A stretch of 64,000 nt of DNA from Octopus sinensis (taxonomy: Eukaryota). Shown piece after piece: positions 62,670 to 64,000 of the stretch (positions within the stretch are counted from its first letter, which is position 1; each line of letters opens with the position of its first letter). The stretch lies in the NCBI RefSeq assembly GCF_006345805.1, contig NW_021825710.1, forward strand, positions 248,001 to 312,000, read 5' to 3'. Below the pieces are notes generated by a model. That model was not told where the DNA came from. It searched no databases and saw only the letters and a program-made list of their open reading frames with translations. The position numbers and the translations under genes are program-made.

Positions 62670-63500
62670 TGACAGAAAGAGAGTCTTATCTGCTTTGTTG
62701 CTAACAATTTTGATCTTTGCTAGGTTAAGATCCTTTGATTCCAGGTTTTGCTTCCATTTCCATACCTGGAATTTCTTCTCCAATTCTACTATAGGTTCTG
62801 CAATAAGAGCAATGTCATCAGCATAGGCCTGGAGGACTATGATGAATAGGAATGAAGAGAACTGAGTTCTAGTGAATCCCTACTTGTACACTAAATTCAT
62901 CACTGTTGACTCTCACCCTACTGACAGCACTGCTGTACATGGCTTGTACAGTTATAAAAAACCACTCATCAATTCCTAACTTCCTTAGAGACTACCAGAT
63001 AATAGAGTGAAGGACTCAGTCAAAAACTTTCTCCAGGTTGATAAAAGCCAAGTACAATGGCTTACTATTGACCAAATACCTTTTCTGCAGTTGTCTCACT
63101 AGGAAGATGGTGGTACTCTTCCCAAGCACCTCTCTTCCTGTGGTACTCTTCCAAAATTGCATCATATCTAGTTTAATTCTATTTCTAATCAATTGAGTTA
63201 TAACCCTCTCTCTGTAACTTTCCTGACTCATTCTGGCAGTTTGATACCTCTGTAGTAGTTTCTATCTAAGGCATCACATTTACCCTTGTAGCAGCTAATT
63301 ATAATGCTACTACACCAGTCACTTGGGGTGACACCTTCCTGGATAACCTGATAAACTATAAGTGACTAGGGCATATCCTACTCCACCAGATATTTTAAGT
63401 ACCTCAGTAGTGATTCTTGATGCTCCAGGAGCTCTCCCTGTTTTTATATCCTTAATTGGATATAGAATCTCAAGCTGTTGACAACTCTAATGACTGGTCA
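62670..63500 (-). mobile_element. RTE RT internal fragment
   Basis: KPLYLAFINLEKVFD (63016-63231) and neighbouring RT motifs, degenerate. Confidence 0.85.
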
Positions 63501-63649
63501 GAGTACATATCTCTGTTTTTTTATTGTATGGGCAATAATTTGAAATGATCAACATGGACAAATAGTATCTTTTTAAATGCATTTTGTTTCCAGATGTGTT
63601 TATTTTAGTCCTTGCATTTAAATACTGTGAAAATCTTTAAAAAATAAAT

Positions 63650-64000
63650 TGCTTTCAACTTTCATCTTCAGAGCCCATATCCTCATCATCAGATACAGCA
63701 GATTCCTGAGCATTTACACAACTGTGTACACCTTAAACCAATTTTACTACAGCATGATGTTTGTAAAGATGTATTCACTTACAAATTTGGAACATGCCTC
63801 CAATTATCTTTCTTGCAGCTGCAACTGATGAGTTAGAATTAGAGGGAGGTCACATGAATCAATATGAAGTTCCATAGGACCATTAACTTTCTTTAAGTTC
63901 CATTCCATTTGGAGAAATTTCTGGTATTTGCTCCAAATAGTGATGAAATACACCAGCCAGGTAATTAGCACGCATCATGTGTTTCATAAGAGAGTCTTTA
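63650..64000 (-). mobile_element. Probable Academ-type (XPG/Cys8) transposase C-terminus, running off the window edge
   Basis: KDSLMKHMMRANYLAG...PEISP, then LISCSCKK...CCSKIGLRCTQLCKCSG and an acidic tail, with frameshifts. Superfamily assignment is from recall of similar proteins. Confidence 0.55.

Noticed and set aside
55304-64000. Search for the next upstream HS2ST1 exon (FYHGH motif region)
   Set aside because: No matching sequence found; it presumably lies beyond the window.
1-64000. CRISPR arrays, operons, rRNA or bona fide tRNA genes
   Set aside because: The DNA is eukaryotic and intronic. Repeats lack constant-repeat/unique-spacer structure, and the tRNA-like sequences are SINE heads or element-embedded with imperfect cloverleafs.

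Overview
AT-rich, repeat-dense animal genomic DNA, most consistent with an octopus/coleoid cephalopod (inferred from recalled SINE/LINE families, not proven). One host gene is supported: the 3' part of heparan sulfate 2-O-sulfotransferase (HS2ST1) on the minus strand. It has four GT-AG exons (55303-55165, 18448-18351, 9566-9409, 8181-7961) that splice in frame into 204 codons plus a stop, with introns of 36.7 kb, 8.8 kb and 1.2 kb; upstream exons were not found in the window. The rest is mostly transposable elements: a near full-length but frameshifted RTE LINE with a PHD-like finger inserted in its RT region, many RTE fragments, a tandem Penelope-like element, R4/Dong-like RLE retroposon 3' ends, several tRNA-derived SINE families, and DNA transposons (piggyBac, mariner, Tc1, pogo/Tigger, hAT, Merlin, probable Academ). 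The most interesting signal is in both Penelope terminal repeats: a tRNA-like (Pol III A/B box) cassette, an (AAT)n spacer and a minimal hammerhead ribozyme, lying in the sense direction of the HS2ST1 pre-mRNA, with each ribozyme copy damaged by different mutations. Other highlights are a 608-bp tract with one mismatch shared by two otherwise diverged R4-like copies, a Merlin element with ~207-bp inverted arms, a six-unit SINE stack, and several near-perfect hairpins. All alignments were done by eye; no database searches were run.
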